Positions 33,781 to 47,251 of a DNA stretch of 64,000 bases are shown piece by piece. The DNA is from Octopus vulgaris. Its lineage: Eukaryota. The notes under the pieces were generated by a model, which saw only the letters and a program-made list of their open reading frames with translations, did not search any database and was not told the origin of the DNA. The translations under genes were made by a program, and so were the position numbers. The DNA lies in the NCBI GenBank assembly GCA_951406725.2, contig OX597826.1, positions 54,436,001 to 54,500,000 of the forward strand. Reading direction: 5' to 3'. Positions within the stretch are counted from its first letter, which is position 1; each line of letters starts with the position of its first letter.

Positions 33781-34058
33781 TTCGTTACAGTCGCCCACCT
33801 TCAGACAAATTTACTGTGAGAGAGAGAGCACTTCTCTTTCCAGCTCACTTTTTGTTCTAAATGGAGCTTTAAAAAGTTTTATGGGTTTTTGACCAAAGAG
33901 GATCGTGTCTGCCCTCACAGTATTCAGTCTCGTTTACTATAGAACCTATTTTCTCTTCCCTAACCACTTTGTATCTTACCATAGAACCTACCTTACCATA
34001 AAGCCTCTTTTATCTTCCATAGCCACTAGGCAGTGGAAAATGGCATGTCTCACCTTAC

Positions 34059-34541
34059 CTTATTAAAAGAGCATTGCAGAGTGATCTTCACGTTGTCGCG
34101 GGCGATTGTCGGATACACCTTACATGCAACAACGACAACAATGTTTGTCAGATCTAACTCCGTAAGTCAGCAATGCCGAGACAATACACGAGTGATTATA
34201 GTACGTCGCTTTGCTTACATCTCCGACTGTCGTCGCATAGTGGAACTTCTATGCCAGTTGAATTCATTTTGACCTAGTGGTACCTCTCGGTTGCAGTGGT
34301 AAGCCAAGTATTTATGGAACTTATCTGTAGTAGTCTGGCAAATTTCATCCAGTTCGTCTTTGTCGTCGCTTGGAGTTTTCCCGAGAATGTCATTGTTCTT
34401 ACTAGTCGTTTGTATATTGCTAAACTGGTGGAACTTCCATCGACCGCAATGCCCGACTGGTACCAGGTGTGGTGCATACCTGAGAATATTTCAGTAGGCA
34501 TACGTCCAATCTTCGTCTTTACTCGACCCAGGACGGCAACA
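34059..34541 (-). other. Candidate exon of an unidentified transcript
   Basis: Acceptor TTTTTTTTCTCTCTCTCTTTGACAG| and donor AAG|GTAAGG bound 483 nt of non-repetitive sequence with two long open frames. Confidence 0.28.
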
Positions 34542-35539
34542 CTGTCAAAGAGAGAGAGAAAAAAAACGTGCCTACCAAATAAAAGCTACAAACTGCTCAC
34601 TGTCCAGAAAAATCTTCTGGTGGTGTAACCTTAGCGTGTGTCCGTCTATTATTACAGACACTGCATGGCAATCTTATCTTTCAGAGGGCGCTGGCAACAG
34701 ATGGACCGCCTGACCAGTCATACATGTCTCTTCCATCTTATGTGCAGTCAGCGAAGTACTATGGTCTGCTGTAGTCTGGTATTGTGGGTTTTGATACAGC
34801 TTGGTAGGACGTGGGGCAGCGTAAGGTGTAGTATAAAATGTTGAAGCGTAACACAATGCTATGATATTAGCGTGGTATAAATCACTGTGTTGCTATAGGG
34901 GCTGGTGAGATGTGATGTAGTCTGATGGAGCGATTTTTGATACAGTGCTGTCTGAAGTGGATCAGTGAGGTACAGTGTTCAATCGACGGATGCAATACGC
35001 AATGTTAAGTTGTAGTGCAGCATAGTTCAGTGAGTCGTTGTATCCAAGATCAGTTCAATAGGCTAGACGCCTCCTGTAAAGAGATACACTAATCAAACAG
35101 CAACAACTACCACAACGACAATAACAACAAAAACAAAAACAACAGTAGCAGCAGCAGCAGCAGCGGCGATCATAACGATAATCATGTGTTTTATGGTCTG
35201 TAACTTGGTGCTGGGACACAGTGGATGCATAAGTTAACATTTTATGGGTTTATGCTGTTATTTGAAGATAATGGTCAATGGTCAAAGAATCCAGAGCGTT
35301 GAGGTGGTCGGGAGAGAAGAGGGCAAGGAAAGATCTGTCAATGGGTCGGGTGGGAGAGGGAAGAGGGAGAAAATGTGGTCATTATCACTGGCGTTAGAGC
35401 TTCACTAGTACGTATGCACGTATGAATACATATACACGTGTACATATATTTACGGATATACGCATATATCTATGCACTTACAACACATATACTTCTATGG
35501 ATATCATCATGAACATCTGTGTAGAAACACAACTACACA

Positions 35540-35622
35540 TATATATGTGTGTGTATGAGAAGTATGTATGTATGTGTGTATGTATGTATGTACGTATATA
35601 TGCATGTATGTATATATATATG

Positions 35623-35698
<76 letters not shown>

Positions 35699-36359
35699 CA
35701 TACATACAATCTTACATACATACATACAGGGAGAGACAGAGAGAGAAAGAGAAAGAGACATAGAGATAAGGAAGCAGAGAGAAAGAGAGAGATAGTGACA
35801 GAGAATAGAAGTTGTTTATGGTATCAAAGCATTTAGAATTAAGTTATACAAATATTCATATAATCATAAATAAGCAGGAACCAGGAGGATACTTCATGGT
35901 AGTGCTTCATCAATAAGTAGGTATCCAATATTTCCTTCCATAGGCACAAATACAACTGAAACGAAAGAAAACAATACAAGTCGGTACTTTACAGCTGTTC
36001 CAGGAATGCGTTGACAAATAGGGGAAGTATGCATACATAGGTATGTACTAAATTAGTACTTATCTATTTAAGCTTAATTATATTTCTTCTCATATTCATG
36101 TAATTCAATTCTAAATGCCATGATGTAATAGGAAAACTGTTTGTCCTTCTTACATTTTATTCTTATTTTCATTAACTCGACCAATGCGTTTCCTATATCC
36201 AATTCGTGTTTAGCCTGATTACGTCTGCCATGTTTAGAACGTTTCGGGTTTTAGAAATTCGATCTTTTTTGAGCACTAATCTGTTCGGAATCTATATGCT
36301 CATTCCACACACACACGCACACACAAGCACACACACACTTATACATATACTTATCTGCA

Positions 36360-36408
<49 letters not shown>

Positions 36409-36488
36409 GTATGCATAAATATATATGTCTATATATGTATATGTCTATATATATACGTATATATATATAAATATATATATATATGTGC

Positions 36489-36550
<62 letters not shown>

Positions 36551-36630
36551 CAGACGCACACACATATACATATATTTATCTGTATGCATGTATATATATG
36601 TATATGCATATATATATATATGTGTATGTA

Positions 36631-36680
<50 letters not shown>

Positions 36681-36841
36681 TGTATATGTATATATCTATA
36701 TAAATACGTATATATGCATGACTATGTATATATATGCATATATATATGTGAATGCGTATATATATACATACACATACATATATATAAACAGATATACATA
36801 CACACACATATATATATAAACAGACACACTCACATATACAT

Positions 36842-36895
<54 letters not shown>

Positions 36896-37439
36896 TATAT
36901 GTATACACACATACACACATACACACCACACACACACAGATGTATCAATAGGGAGTGATGCCAAACACAATCATGGACGTTGCTTTAGTATATCCACATT
37001 TTCTATAACAAGAAGAACAAACCCACCTGATTAGTTTCAGAGTCTTTTTTTACTTCCTTAACAGTCAGCAGTGACTCATTTTACTGACTTCGGAGAAAAG
37101 AGCAGCATGTAGCTATTTACAGAGCGTACAAAATAGGACAGAACTGATTCGGCTAACCTAATTTGCATAACAGTGTCAGCTTTGGCAACATGTATCATTT
37201 AATTAAAAGATTCACGATGCAGCGTTTTCTATTCATATATATTTTTTTATATATCTGCTGGATAAATAGGAAAGTATTTATCCATACAACTATATGAGTT
37301 TCTATAATTGATACGTGTTGTCAATGCTTAGATTACTTTATATATATATAGATAGATAGATAGCCGTGTGTATATATATACATATATATATACATACATA
37401 TATATTTATATATGTATATATGTATATATATATACATAC

Positions 37440-37478
<39 letters not shown>

Positions 37479-37666
37479 CAAAGTGAGATAGGGGTTATGA
37501 GTGTAACCCACTATGGGATATCAGTTATTCAATATACTGCAAGTGAAGTACCCAGAAGGCTAATACATAAATGTTTATGTAGTTAATAAATAATATGAAT
37601 TGGTATTATCTGTAAGTTGATGATTGAAAGGAATCTGTTCCTCCATTTTCTTATTTGTATTAGATA

Positions 37667-37704
<38 letters not shown>

Positions 37705-37710
37705 GTGTGT

Positions 37711-37740
<30 letters not shown>
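35540..37740. repeat. TA/TG/GA microsatellite blocks with short unique stretches
   Basis: Directly visible. Confidence 0.85.
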
Positions 37741-37746
<6 letters not shown>

Positions 37747-38043
37747 ACGCAATGGCCCAGTGGTTACGGTAGCGGACTCGCGGTCGTAGGATCGCAGTTT
37801 CGATTCCCAGACCGGGCGTTGTGAATGTTTATTGAGCGAAAACACCTAAAGCTCCGTGAGGCTCCAGCAGGGAGTGGTGGCGATCCCTGCTGTACTCTTT
37901 CGCCACAACTCTCTCTCACTCTTTCTTCCGTTGGCCTGCTCGCTTAGCCAGCGAGGTGGCGTCATTTGAAGGCTAAAATAATGCGAAGCGCATTGTGACC
38001 AGCGATGTGTAGCAACATCTGATAACCTGGTCGGTCACGGTGA
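37741..38043 (+). mobile_element. SINE family C, full length
   Basis: A box TGGCCCAGTGG, B-box-like GTTTCGATTCC; body shared with 8237, 22427 and 59257. Confidence 0.9.
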
Positions 38044-38047
38044 TCAA

Positions 38048-38087
<40 letters not shown>

Positions 38088-38102
38088 ACGTATGTATGTG
38101 TG

Positions 38103-38224
<122 letters not shown>

Positions 38225-38575
38225 ACATATACGTGCATACTTGTATGTATACAAATTTTCATAACATTAGTTATACCTTATAAACGAATATTCCATTCTT
38301 GTATTAACTATACTTACCTTATTTATATTTAAATTTCCTCTATCATCTCTATTTAATTTATCCATTTATTGTTCTAATTCTCTTTGCCTACTCTATCTAA
38401 TCTGCAATCAACCTGTGAACCCCTCGCTCGAACATATAACAGTACAAATCATAAACCGTATCATTCAGTTTGCTATAATGTATCCATAAACACATATAAA
38501 ACATCCAAGGGTATATTTTTTCCCCTCTGGGGATGTGGTCGGGTCATATAAATTTAATATTTACTTAATGTTTAC

Positions 38576-38673
38576 TGCTAGAAATAAGAGTCAAAACAAC
38601 TCAATAACCACGGAAAGCACTATCTAAATGACGTTCGGTGGCTATTGACTTGTTTTGACTCTTATTTCTAGCA
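38576..38673. repeat. 98-nt hairpin (40-bp arms, outer 24 bp perfect)
   Basis: TGCTAGAAATAAGAGTCAAAACAA...TTGTTTTGACTCTTATTTCTAGCA. Confidence 0.9.
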
Positions 38674-38739
38674 ATACCGGCGTTGAAAAGTGCCGCCTGT
38701 CATATACAGTGATGTATATGTATCTGTCTTTGTATTTGG

Positions 38740-38793
<54 letters not shown>

Positions 38794-39744
38794 GCCTTGT
38801 TGCATTCCGTTTCGTGCTGAATTTCCCTGAGAACTAAGTTAAGGTCACGCATGTCTGTGAAGTACTCAACCACGTGTATACGTTAATTTCACGTGCAGGC
38901 TGTTCCGTTTATCGGTCCAACTGGATCCCTAGTCTTCATAACCAACAGGTTGCCTGTCCACCCCCCACAGAAGCATGAATATATGTACAAACTTACGCGC
39001 ACAGACACACGCATATTCACACAAAGTAGCATGCATTCGCAAACGTACTCGCAAATATGCCTGCACGCATACTCACACGCACACACACACACACACACAC
39101 ACAAGCACGCATGCACGCACTTATGCATGCACGTATATATATTTATAGATTCTCTCGTTAATTCGTGCACTAATTAATTCACCTTTTCTAGTGATTATCT
39201 GTCGGAAAATAGCAAATTTTCCCATATAGTTATTCCGATCCATTCTATCAAATCTATAATCGATCACAACGCTTTACTACGTTTGATATTTTTCGCAGTC
39301 TCTCTCTAAGGTAAACGGAATGTTGCGTTGTGGTCTTAATGCTTGTGCCATAAAGACCACAATTGCACAACATATTTATGAACGCTTACATTTCATCAAA
39401 TATTTTATCAACAGTAAAAGATTTGGTCTCGACCCTATCAGAATCAGCTAAGTTTCGACCCAGGTTTGGCCGAGACCTGTCTTTAGGTTACGATGAAAAA
39501 GATCGCGTTGTGAGCGAGGTTGGATAGATTGAGGACAAAGAGGTTTCCCTTCGCTCAAGCCCTCATACACCTTTTGAAGTTCCACTTAGAAAATATAGTG
39601 AGGTGTAGAGAAGAAAGTGCTTCCAGCATACACCTTTCCCATTATGCATTTCAGTGAAGCTTTACGTAACGTCGCATCGTTATCGACTGCTATTTCCAGC
39701 AAACATTGGTGTCTCGTTGTACCACTGTTTCTTATCTATTATAA

Positions 39745-40556
39745 GCTATGGTCACCCAACAGTGTAAAATTAACAGCGGACCTTGAAGCAATCCAGCGAA
39801 GTTTCACAAAGAAGATCGTCTCTTTGCAACAGCTCAGCTACTGGGAAAAGGCTGAGACCGCCAAGCCTCTACTCCCTGGAGCGAAGGCGGGAGAGGTATG
39901 CGGTAATATACATCTGGAAGATCCTGGAAGGAATTGTGCCAAATTTTGGCATTGGAAGCTACACGAATGCCAGAACGAGTCGACACTACACAGTGCGAAA
40001 GATACCAGCAATGACCTTGAAGCAATCCAGCGAAGTTTCACAAAGAAGATCGTCTCTTTGCAACAGCTCAGCTACTGGGAAAGGCTGAAACAGCCAAGCC
40101 TCTACTCCCTGGAACGAAGGCGGGAGAGTTATGCTGTAATATACATGTGGAAGATCTTGGAAGGAATTGTGCCAAATTTTGGCATTGAAAGCTACACGAA
40201 TGCCAGAACGGGTCGACACCGCACAGTGCCAAAGATCCCAACAATGTCATCGCGCTTCAGGACAAGTTACTGCAACAGCCTGGGTTTTAGGATCCCACAG
40301 CTTTTTAATATTTCCCCAAATAGCCTGAGGAATGTACACAAAGTAGATGTTTGCGTTTTTAAATCCAGGGTGGACCTCTTCTTGTCGAGAGTCCCAGATG
40401 AACTTACCTCACGGCAAGATGTGCAAATAAGGGTAGCTACATCATAACTCCATTCTACACCAAGTGTCACATATTAGAGCAGGATCTCATATTAGAGCAG
40501 GAACTGTGTGGCAAAACGGTGGTGTTCCAGCATGGCCACAGCTATGAGCTGAAACT

Positions 40557-40557
<1 letters not shown>
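39745..40557 (+). mobile_element. 5'-truncated CR1-group LINE, ORF2 C-terminus and 3' tail, with an internal tandem duplication of about 234 bp
   Basis: LWSP...LEAIQRSFTKKI..LSYWERLK..LYSLERRR..Y..IY.WKILEG; repeat units start at 39779 and 40013; tail GGTGGTGTTCCAGCATGGCCACAGC...GCTGAAAC. Confidence 0.88.
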
Positions 40558-40595
<38 letters not shown>

Positions 40596-40597
<2 letters not shown>

Positions 40598-40758
40598 GGG
40601 GTTCTTTCAGTTTCCGTCAATCAAATCAATTCACAAGGCTTTTGTCGGCTTTGCGGCTATAGTAGAGGACACATGCCCAAAGTGTCACGCAGTGAGACGA
40701 AACCCGAAACTATATGGTAGGGAAGCACGCTTTTTGCCACACCGCCACGCCTGCGCCT
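40596..40758 (-). mobile_element. SINE family B head
   Basis: Reverse complement similar to 51740-51900. Confidence 0.8.
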
Positions 40759-40991
40759 ATTTGATAACTCATCATGCTTACGCTACGAATGAATTAATTA
40801 TTTTACTTAATCAATAATACGGATATGAAGCATTATAATTAACTGCGAGTCAGAAAATAGAAACAAGCTCAGATTTAGTAAACAATACTTTGCCGTCACT
40901 AGTCTACTTCCTGTAAAGATTATATGTAATTATATATTTATAAATCTCCTTTATCCACTTTATGACATCACTGACATATCAAATGTTAGGA

Positions 40992-41164
<173 letters not shown>

Positions 41165-41335
41165 GAGAAAACTGATGATTCAGTTAGTGCTGGGAGTGAA
41201 TCACCAGCTTTTTTGCCAAATAAATAAAATATACTTCAGGTCTTCATGTTTGTCTCTCATTTGTACCAATAAACTGAGATCAATATTTCTATATTATCTT
41301 ACTAATTAATGCCATCACCAGCATACTAATTTAGA

Positions 41336-41410
<75 letters not shown>

Positions 41411-41718
41411 TGTATACATATATGTATATATGGGTATATATATACATATATGTATACACACACACATATAAATATATATATATATATATATACATGCGTA
41501 TACATACACATATATGTAGAGAAGCGATAGACACTTATTGATGGCTGGAATTCATCTATTGATGCGTTCTGTATATATATTACAAGATAAAAATAGCTCT
41601 TTACAGCTGTTTCAAAACATCTGTGAATGATAGTTATTATTGAGCATATTATGCAAGCAAGTGTACATAATGAGGAAATATTACAAAAAATATCAGCACA
41701 ATCATATGGTAACACATA

Positions 41719-42935
41719 CACTGGCGCGCGTGCGGTAGAATTTTGGACAATTGAAATGTAATCGATAGGTAGGACTACATACTTTAGTATTTAGTCAACA
41801 TTCCCTTTGCATTTTTTAATTCAGAAACTCTTTTTGGCGTTGAACTGATGAACTTTGTGATTGTCTCTTGTGGAATTTCTGCTCACTTTTTACGTAACAA
41901 TCGAGACAATTCATCTTTAGATTTAGGCTTCTGTTGAATTTTTCGTATAGCTCTATCTTGTATGCTCCAAAGAGTTTCAATTGGTTTCATGTGAGGAGAT
42001 TGGCTCGGCCAACGAAGCTTTTTGATCCAATTTTCGGTCAGTTATTGTTGATTCCCTTTCGCTGCGTGGCATGAAGCTCCATCTTCCATGAATAAAAATT
42101 TTGTTTTTCGTTATGTTATCGTGTGAATACTTCGGAAATTGTCCTTGCTTAAGTATTTCGATGTATTTTTCAGAGTTTATGGTACCAACACATTCGATCA
42201 GCTCAGAACGACCATTGCTGGTGACAGCTCCCCATACCATTACAGAGGTACCGTCATGTTTCACAGTTGTTTGGAGTTGTTTCAAATCAAATTTTTGACT
42301 GGGAAGCCTCCAGACCCAAACACGCCCACTGTCCGAAAATAATGCAAATCTGGATTCATCTGAGAAAATCACTCTATCCCAAAATGAACTGGATTTATCT
42401 GACATCACCATAGCCCATTTCTTTCTTTTCATGATATTAATTTGTTGAAGGAGAGGTTTTCTTCCAGCTGCTCGTCCATAATGCCAAACTTATGCAAATA
42501 TGTAACACACATTCTTGGACTAACTTCTGGCTGTTTTGCAAAGGCAGAAGCCTTCGAACAGGGTTCGTTTTCCACAATTCTCTTCAAACAGCGAAGTTTC
42601 CTTTCCCAGAGCACAGGTCGGCTGGAACGAGAATCTGTTAATTCTTTTCCTTGGCTTTTGAATTGCACCATAATTCTATTAACAGTAGCAAGAGGAATTT
42701 GAAGATTTTCGGCAATTTTTCGCTGGCTAAGACCAGCCGCAAATTGCCCAACAATATGATCTCTTTGAAAATCTGACAGTCCTACTGAATTTTTTGTGCG
42801 TGGCATGGTTACTCTTCGCAAATGTTTAATAAAATGGCACCTAGAATGAAAACCAATAATTACATTGTAAATTCTACACCTCTGAAAACATATTAAGACG
42901 CTTAGATCAGAAATTGTGAAAATTAAAGGTGTCTA
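41719..42935 (-). mobile_element. Decayed Tc1 DNA transposon
   Basis: TA + CACTGG...TTTTGGACA TIR-like end at 41719; the other TIR is not recognisable. Confidence 0.85.
41784..42806 (-). pseudogene. Tc1 (DD34E-type) transposase pseudogene
   Basis: HTH LSQRKIAENLQIPLATVNRI; VIFSDES; VMVWGA; MEDGASCH; WPSQSPHMKPIETLW; ends TKY*; frameshifts and a stop. Confidence 0.92.
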
Positions 42936-42980
42936 TTTACTTCCTGCATGTATGTGTATATACATATACATACATGCATG

Positions 42981-43021
<41 letters not shown>

Positions 43022-43022
43022 G

Positions 43023-43063
<41 letters not shown>

Positions 43064-43984
43064 ATCAGCTGAGTAAACTAGAGTAACTTTAAACGTTGTC
43101 CCATGCTCAAGCACACAAACGCATCGCGCTCTCTACAGAACACCACGATTTGAGGGACCCCAACATAGATAAAAATCAAAAGTCCTATTAAAGTCGTCCG
43201 TGAGAACTGAAACCTTTATGGAAATGTATTGGCTTCTGGATAAAATACTAACATGTTTGAATATAAATTTACCTGGAAAAACAATGACAAATGGATCAAA
43301 ATGTTTCTAAAATCATGTAAATAAATGTAACGTAAAATAATTCCTCGTATTCCTACTCCTGCTTCAGGGGTAGGAGTAGGCGGTGATGCGGAGGAGGAGT
43401 GTGATGATAACGTGGAGGGTGATGGTGATGATGATGATGATGATACGGATGACAGTGAGGAAGAAGAGGGTAATGAGAATGAAGATAAGGGTGAAGCAGG
43501 GGAGAAAGGTGAAAAGGGGAGTGAGAAAGGGGTTGAGGAAATGAAGAGGAGGTGAGAAGGAGGAGGCAAGGAAGATGAAGACGAAGGGGGATGGTGATGA
43601 TGACGATGAGGAGGATAAGGCAGAGGAGGGTGATCGGCGGGGGTGGGGATGAAGGGAATGTAAGGAAATTCTTTACAAAGAGTAAGTATTTACAATCCAT
43701 CTTGAATTCGTTTCATGATTCTAATACTTCATCCTTTCAGCAAATTCTTTGCTTTTCTTTACCGTTTCCAAAGAAAAAGGAAAAGAAAAGAAAAAGTAAT
43801 AAGAACAAAATATAAACAACATGAAAGAAGAGCAAACAAATCCCCCGCAAACAACCACCCTCGAAAAACCCCCCAATACTTCTCCTTCCCACGCCCCCCC
43901 CACCACGAAAATTTACCTTTTAGTAACATCGAGGTTTGCCAACGAAACGAAAAACATAATAAGAGTAATATTAAGAACAGCAGT

Positions 43985-44061
43985 AATAAATAACAATAAT
44001 AATAATAATAATAATAATAAAAATAATAATAATAATAACAGTAACAATGATAATGATGATG

Positions 44062-44131
<70 letters not shown>

Positions 44132-44157
44132 CAGTAACAATGATAATGATGATGATG

Positions 44158-44226
<69 letters not shown>

Positions 44227-44862
44227 GTAATAATAATAATGGAAATAACAATAGTAATAATGATAATGATAACAAGAAAAAACTCAACCAGCTACCCGCC
44301 ACCCCTCAACTCCACCACCACCACCACCACCACCACCACCACCACCACCACCACCACCACCACCACCACCGACAAAACACCTCGTAAATATATATTGACT
44401 TCGAAATGTATCATCGCTGTTTTCAAAGTGTTATATATATATATATATATATGTGTGTATGTGTTTGTGCGCGTGTATATATATATATATATATATATAT
44501 ACATTCATATACGTGTGTGTGTGTGTTGATGTGAGTAAGTGTTTGTGTTGATATCTTTAGTATCATAATAGTTTAGTTTGTCAGTATGAAGTGGTAAAAC
44601 TATTGATTGAAGGCGTTATCGTACAAGTTACTGGTGCCGTTTACAGAGGAAATGGCACTAGTTCAAGACAATTTAATGCATAATTTACAGATTAGATTTG
44701 TTTAACGTCATAAGCGACTCAACGCGCCGTTTCTCTATACTAAAGCTGCTGCGATTTGATTATGTGCGAGGCGAGAATATTATTTCCACCATTCCTGGTC
44801 TGAGCCAAACTTTTGATGGGTTTTGATCTTTCTCGTTCCCTTCCTCTTTCTTTTCTTTTCTG

Positions 44863-44907
<45 letters not shown>

Positions 44908-45223
44908 TTTCTTTCTTTCTTTCTTTCTCTCTTTCCATCCTCTCTTGCTATATGTATGTGCATATACGCTTATATGTACACACCTCTCCCCTTCTCTCTC
45001 TCTCTCTCTCTCTCTCTCGTCACACACACACACACACAAATATATATATATATGTGTATATATGCGTATGTGTGTGTCTGGTGTGTACGTGCGTGTAAAT
45101 GTATATATATATATATTTATATGTATATATATATATATATAGATATATCAATACACATATCTTACTGATTTGTGTATGTGCGTATATCTTTCCCTGTTTG
45201 CTTCAGTGTATAAATGCACACAA

Positions 45224-45281
<58 letters not shown>

Positions 45282-45816
45282 ATAGACACACCCATATATG
45301 TATGTACATACACACTTAAATGCGTGTATATACACATGTATGTATTATGTATGTATGTGTATCAGTTGAAACAATACATGTTTCTTAGTGATTGTGTCCA
45401 ATATGTGTATACAATGTATATATATATATGATTGTGTGTGGGTGTGAGTATATATATATACACATATACATTTAGAATATATAGATGTGTGCCTATGTGC
45501 ATGCGTGTATACATCTGATTGTGAATATGCGTGCATTCATATGTGTGTACAATGTATATATATATGAATGTATGTGGGTGTGAATATATATATATATATA
45601 TATACATATATACATTTAGAATATATAGATGTGTGCGTGTGTGCATGCGTGTATACATCTGATTGTGAATATGCGTGCATTCAAATATTTGATAAATAGC
45701 TCCTGGTAGAGATAAATGTGTGTTATTTATGTTAGAGACGTGCATTTACTTTGTATGTGTTGTTAAGGCTCTCTCTCCTTCTCTCCTTCCTCTTCTCTCT
45801 CTTTCTATATAAGTAT

Positions 45817-45910
<94 letters not shown>

Positions 45911-46106
45911 CACATATGTATATATGCATACTCGTAAATATAGATTGGAAGTGTGAATGGAAAGGAAATACAGATACATACTTAAACACGTATTTGTGAA
46001 TAAACCATACAGAAATACATATGTATATCTGATCGAGTGTGAATATACACGCATAACATTATACACATTTATGCGTCGAATACTAATAATAGCAATAACA
46101 ATAATG

Positions 46107-46148
<42 letters not shown>

Positions 46149-46480
46149 TACATACATACATACACACACAGGCAAGCGCGCACCCACACATACACATATA
46201 CCCGCATACACAACACATGTATACACACAGAAATTCCACTCATTGAAATAGGATATATTTCAAATCATCCCATATGTGAATGTAGATAAGAAAATCTGCG
46301 TGTATACACTAGAAACAAATACACGCACACATATATACTGATACATACATCCAAGCACATTTATATATATACACACATGCACATATATGTTTATATACAT
46401 ATATAATGATATATTTATATATAATGTATATATGTTATATATATGATATAAATAAATATATAATGATATATTTATACACA
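43985..46480. repeat. Microsatellite block (AAT, CCA, CTTT, TA, CA), including a tandem duplication of about 140 bp at 45402-45683
   Basis: Directly visible. Confidence 0.88.
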
Positions 46481-47251
46481 ATTTCTCTAACCTATTGACT
46501 ACCTGTTTACAATCACGATTACTACATACACACAGGCATTCAGATGATCTTTCCATCTCTTTCATACATACACACTCGTACCGTGTGTTTCTTAGGTCAC
46601 CATACACCCCATCAAAATAAACCAATGTTTTCTCAATAATTTTTTTTCTTAAATGCTTTTAATAAAACATCAAAATGAAATTACAATTATGACAGACCAT
46701 AAAACCAATAATTGCAGAGAAAACGACATTGATCTGTTATTTTTTTTTCTCGTTTACTCATATGACACGTCTCTTGAGAATTTTATTCGGCCACGTGACT
46801 TATTGTATCGTTTGCTTAGGATGTCTTTCAAATATTTTATCTATTTTCTCTGCTTTTGTCGCTTCTCTCTATCCTTTCATCAATCTCTTCATATCTGTTT
46901 TTCGGTCTCTGGACACACACATACACTCACACACACACGCACACACACGCACACATGCACTCACACACTCATATAAATACATACATACATGCGTATATAT
47001 ACATACATACATACATATATATAATGCCTGCATCCACATACACGAGTTGTATACACCAAGCAAACATATATGCGTTTACTCTGAGGAGTGGTCAACGAAC
47101 TGAGAATCGGTCTGTCAGGAGACTCTACTCAGTTTTTACGTACATAGGAAATATGCAAGAAACGTGTTTACATTCTTATAATTTGTCTCACAATTAGACT
47201 TTCTAATATCATAATTTATTCCCATCCCATTTAAAAAACAAACAAACATAG

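Noticed and set aside
33833-34160. Partial matches to the two halves of miR-750 (CTCTTTCCAGCTCA and CAGATCTAACTC)
   Set aside because: Halves are over 300 bp apart, in the wrong order, and not in a hairpin
34480-34541. Short ORF ending in TGA with an open +1 frame (antizyme-like frameshift or Sec readthrough)
   Set aside because: Context is TAC-TGA, not TCC-TGA; no antizyme similarity; no SECIS recognised
47075-47135. Hammerhead-like CTGAGGA GT..AC GAAC
   Set aside because: GAAA core incomplete, 2-bp stem II, no clear stem I or cleavage triplet
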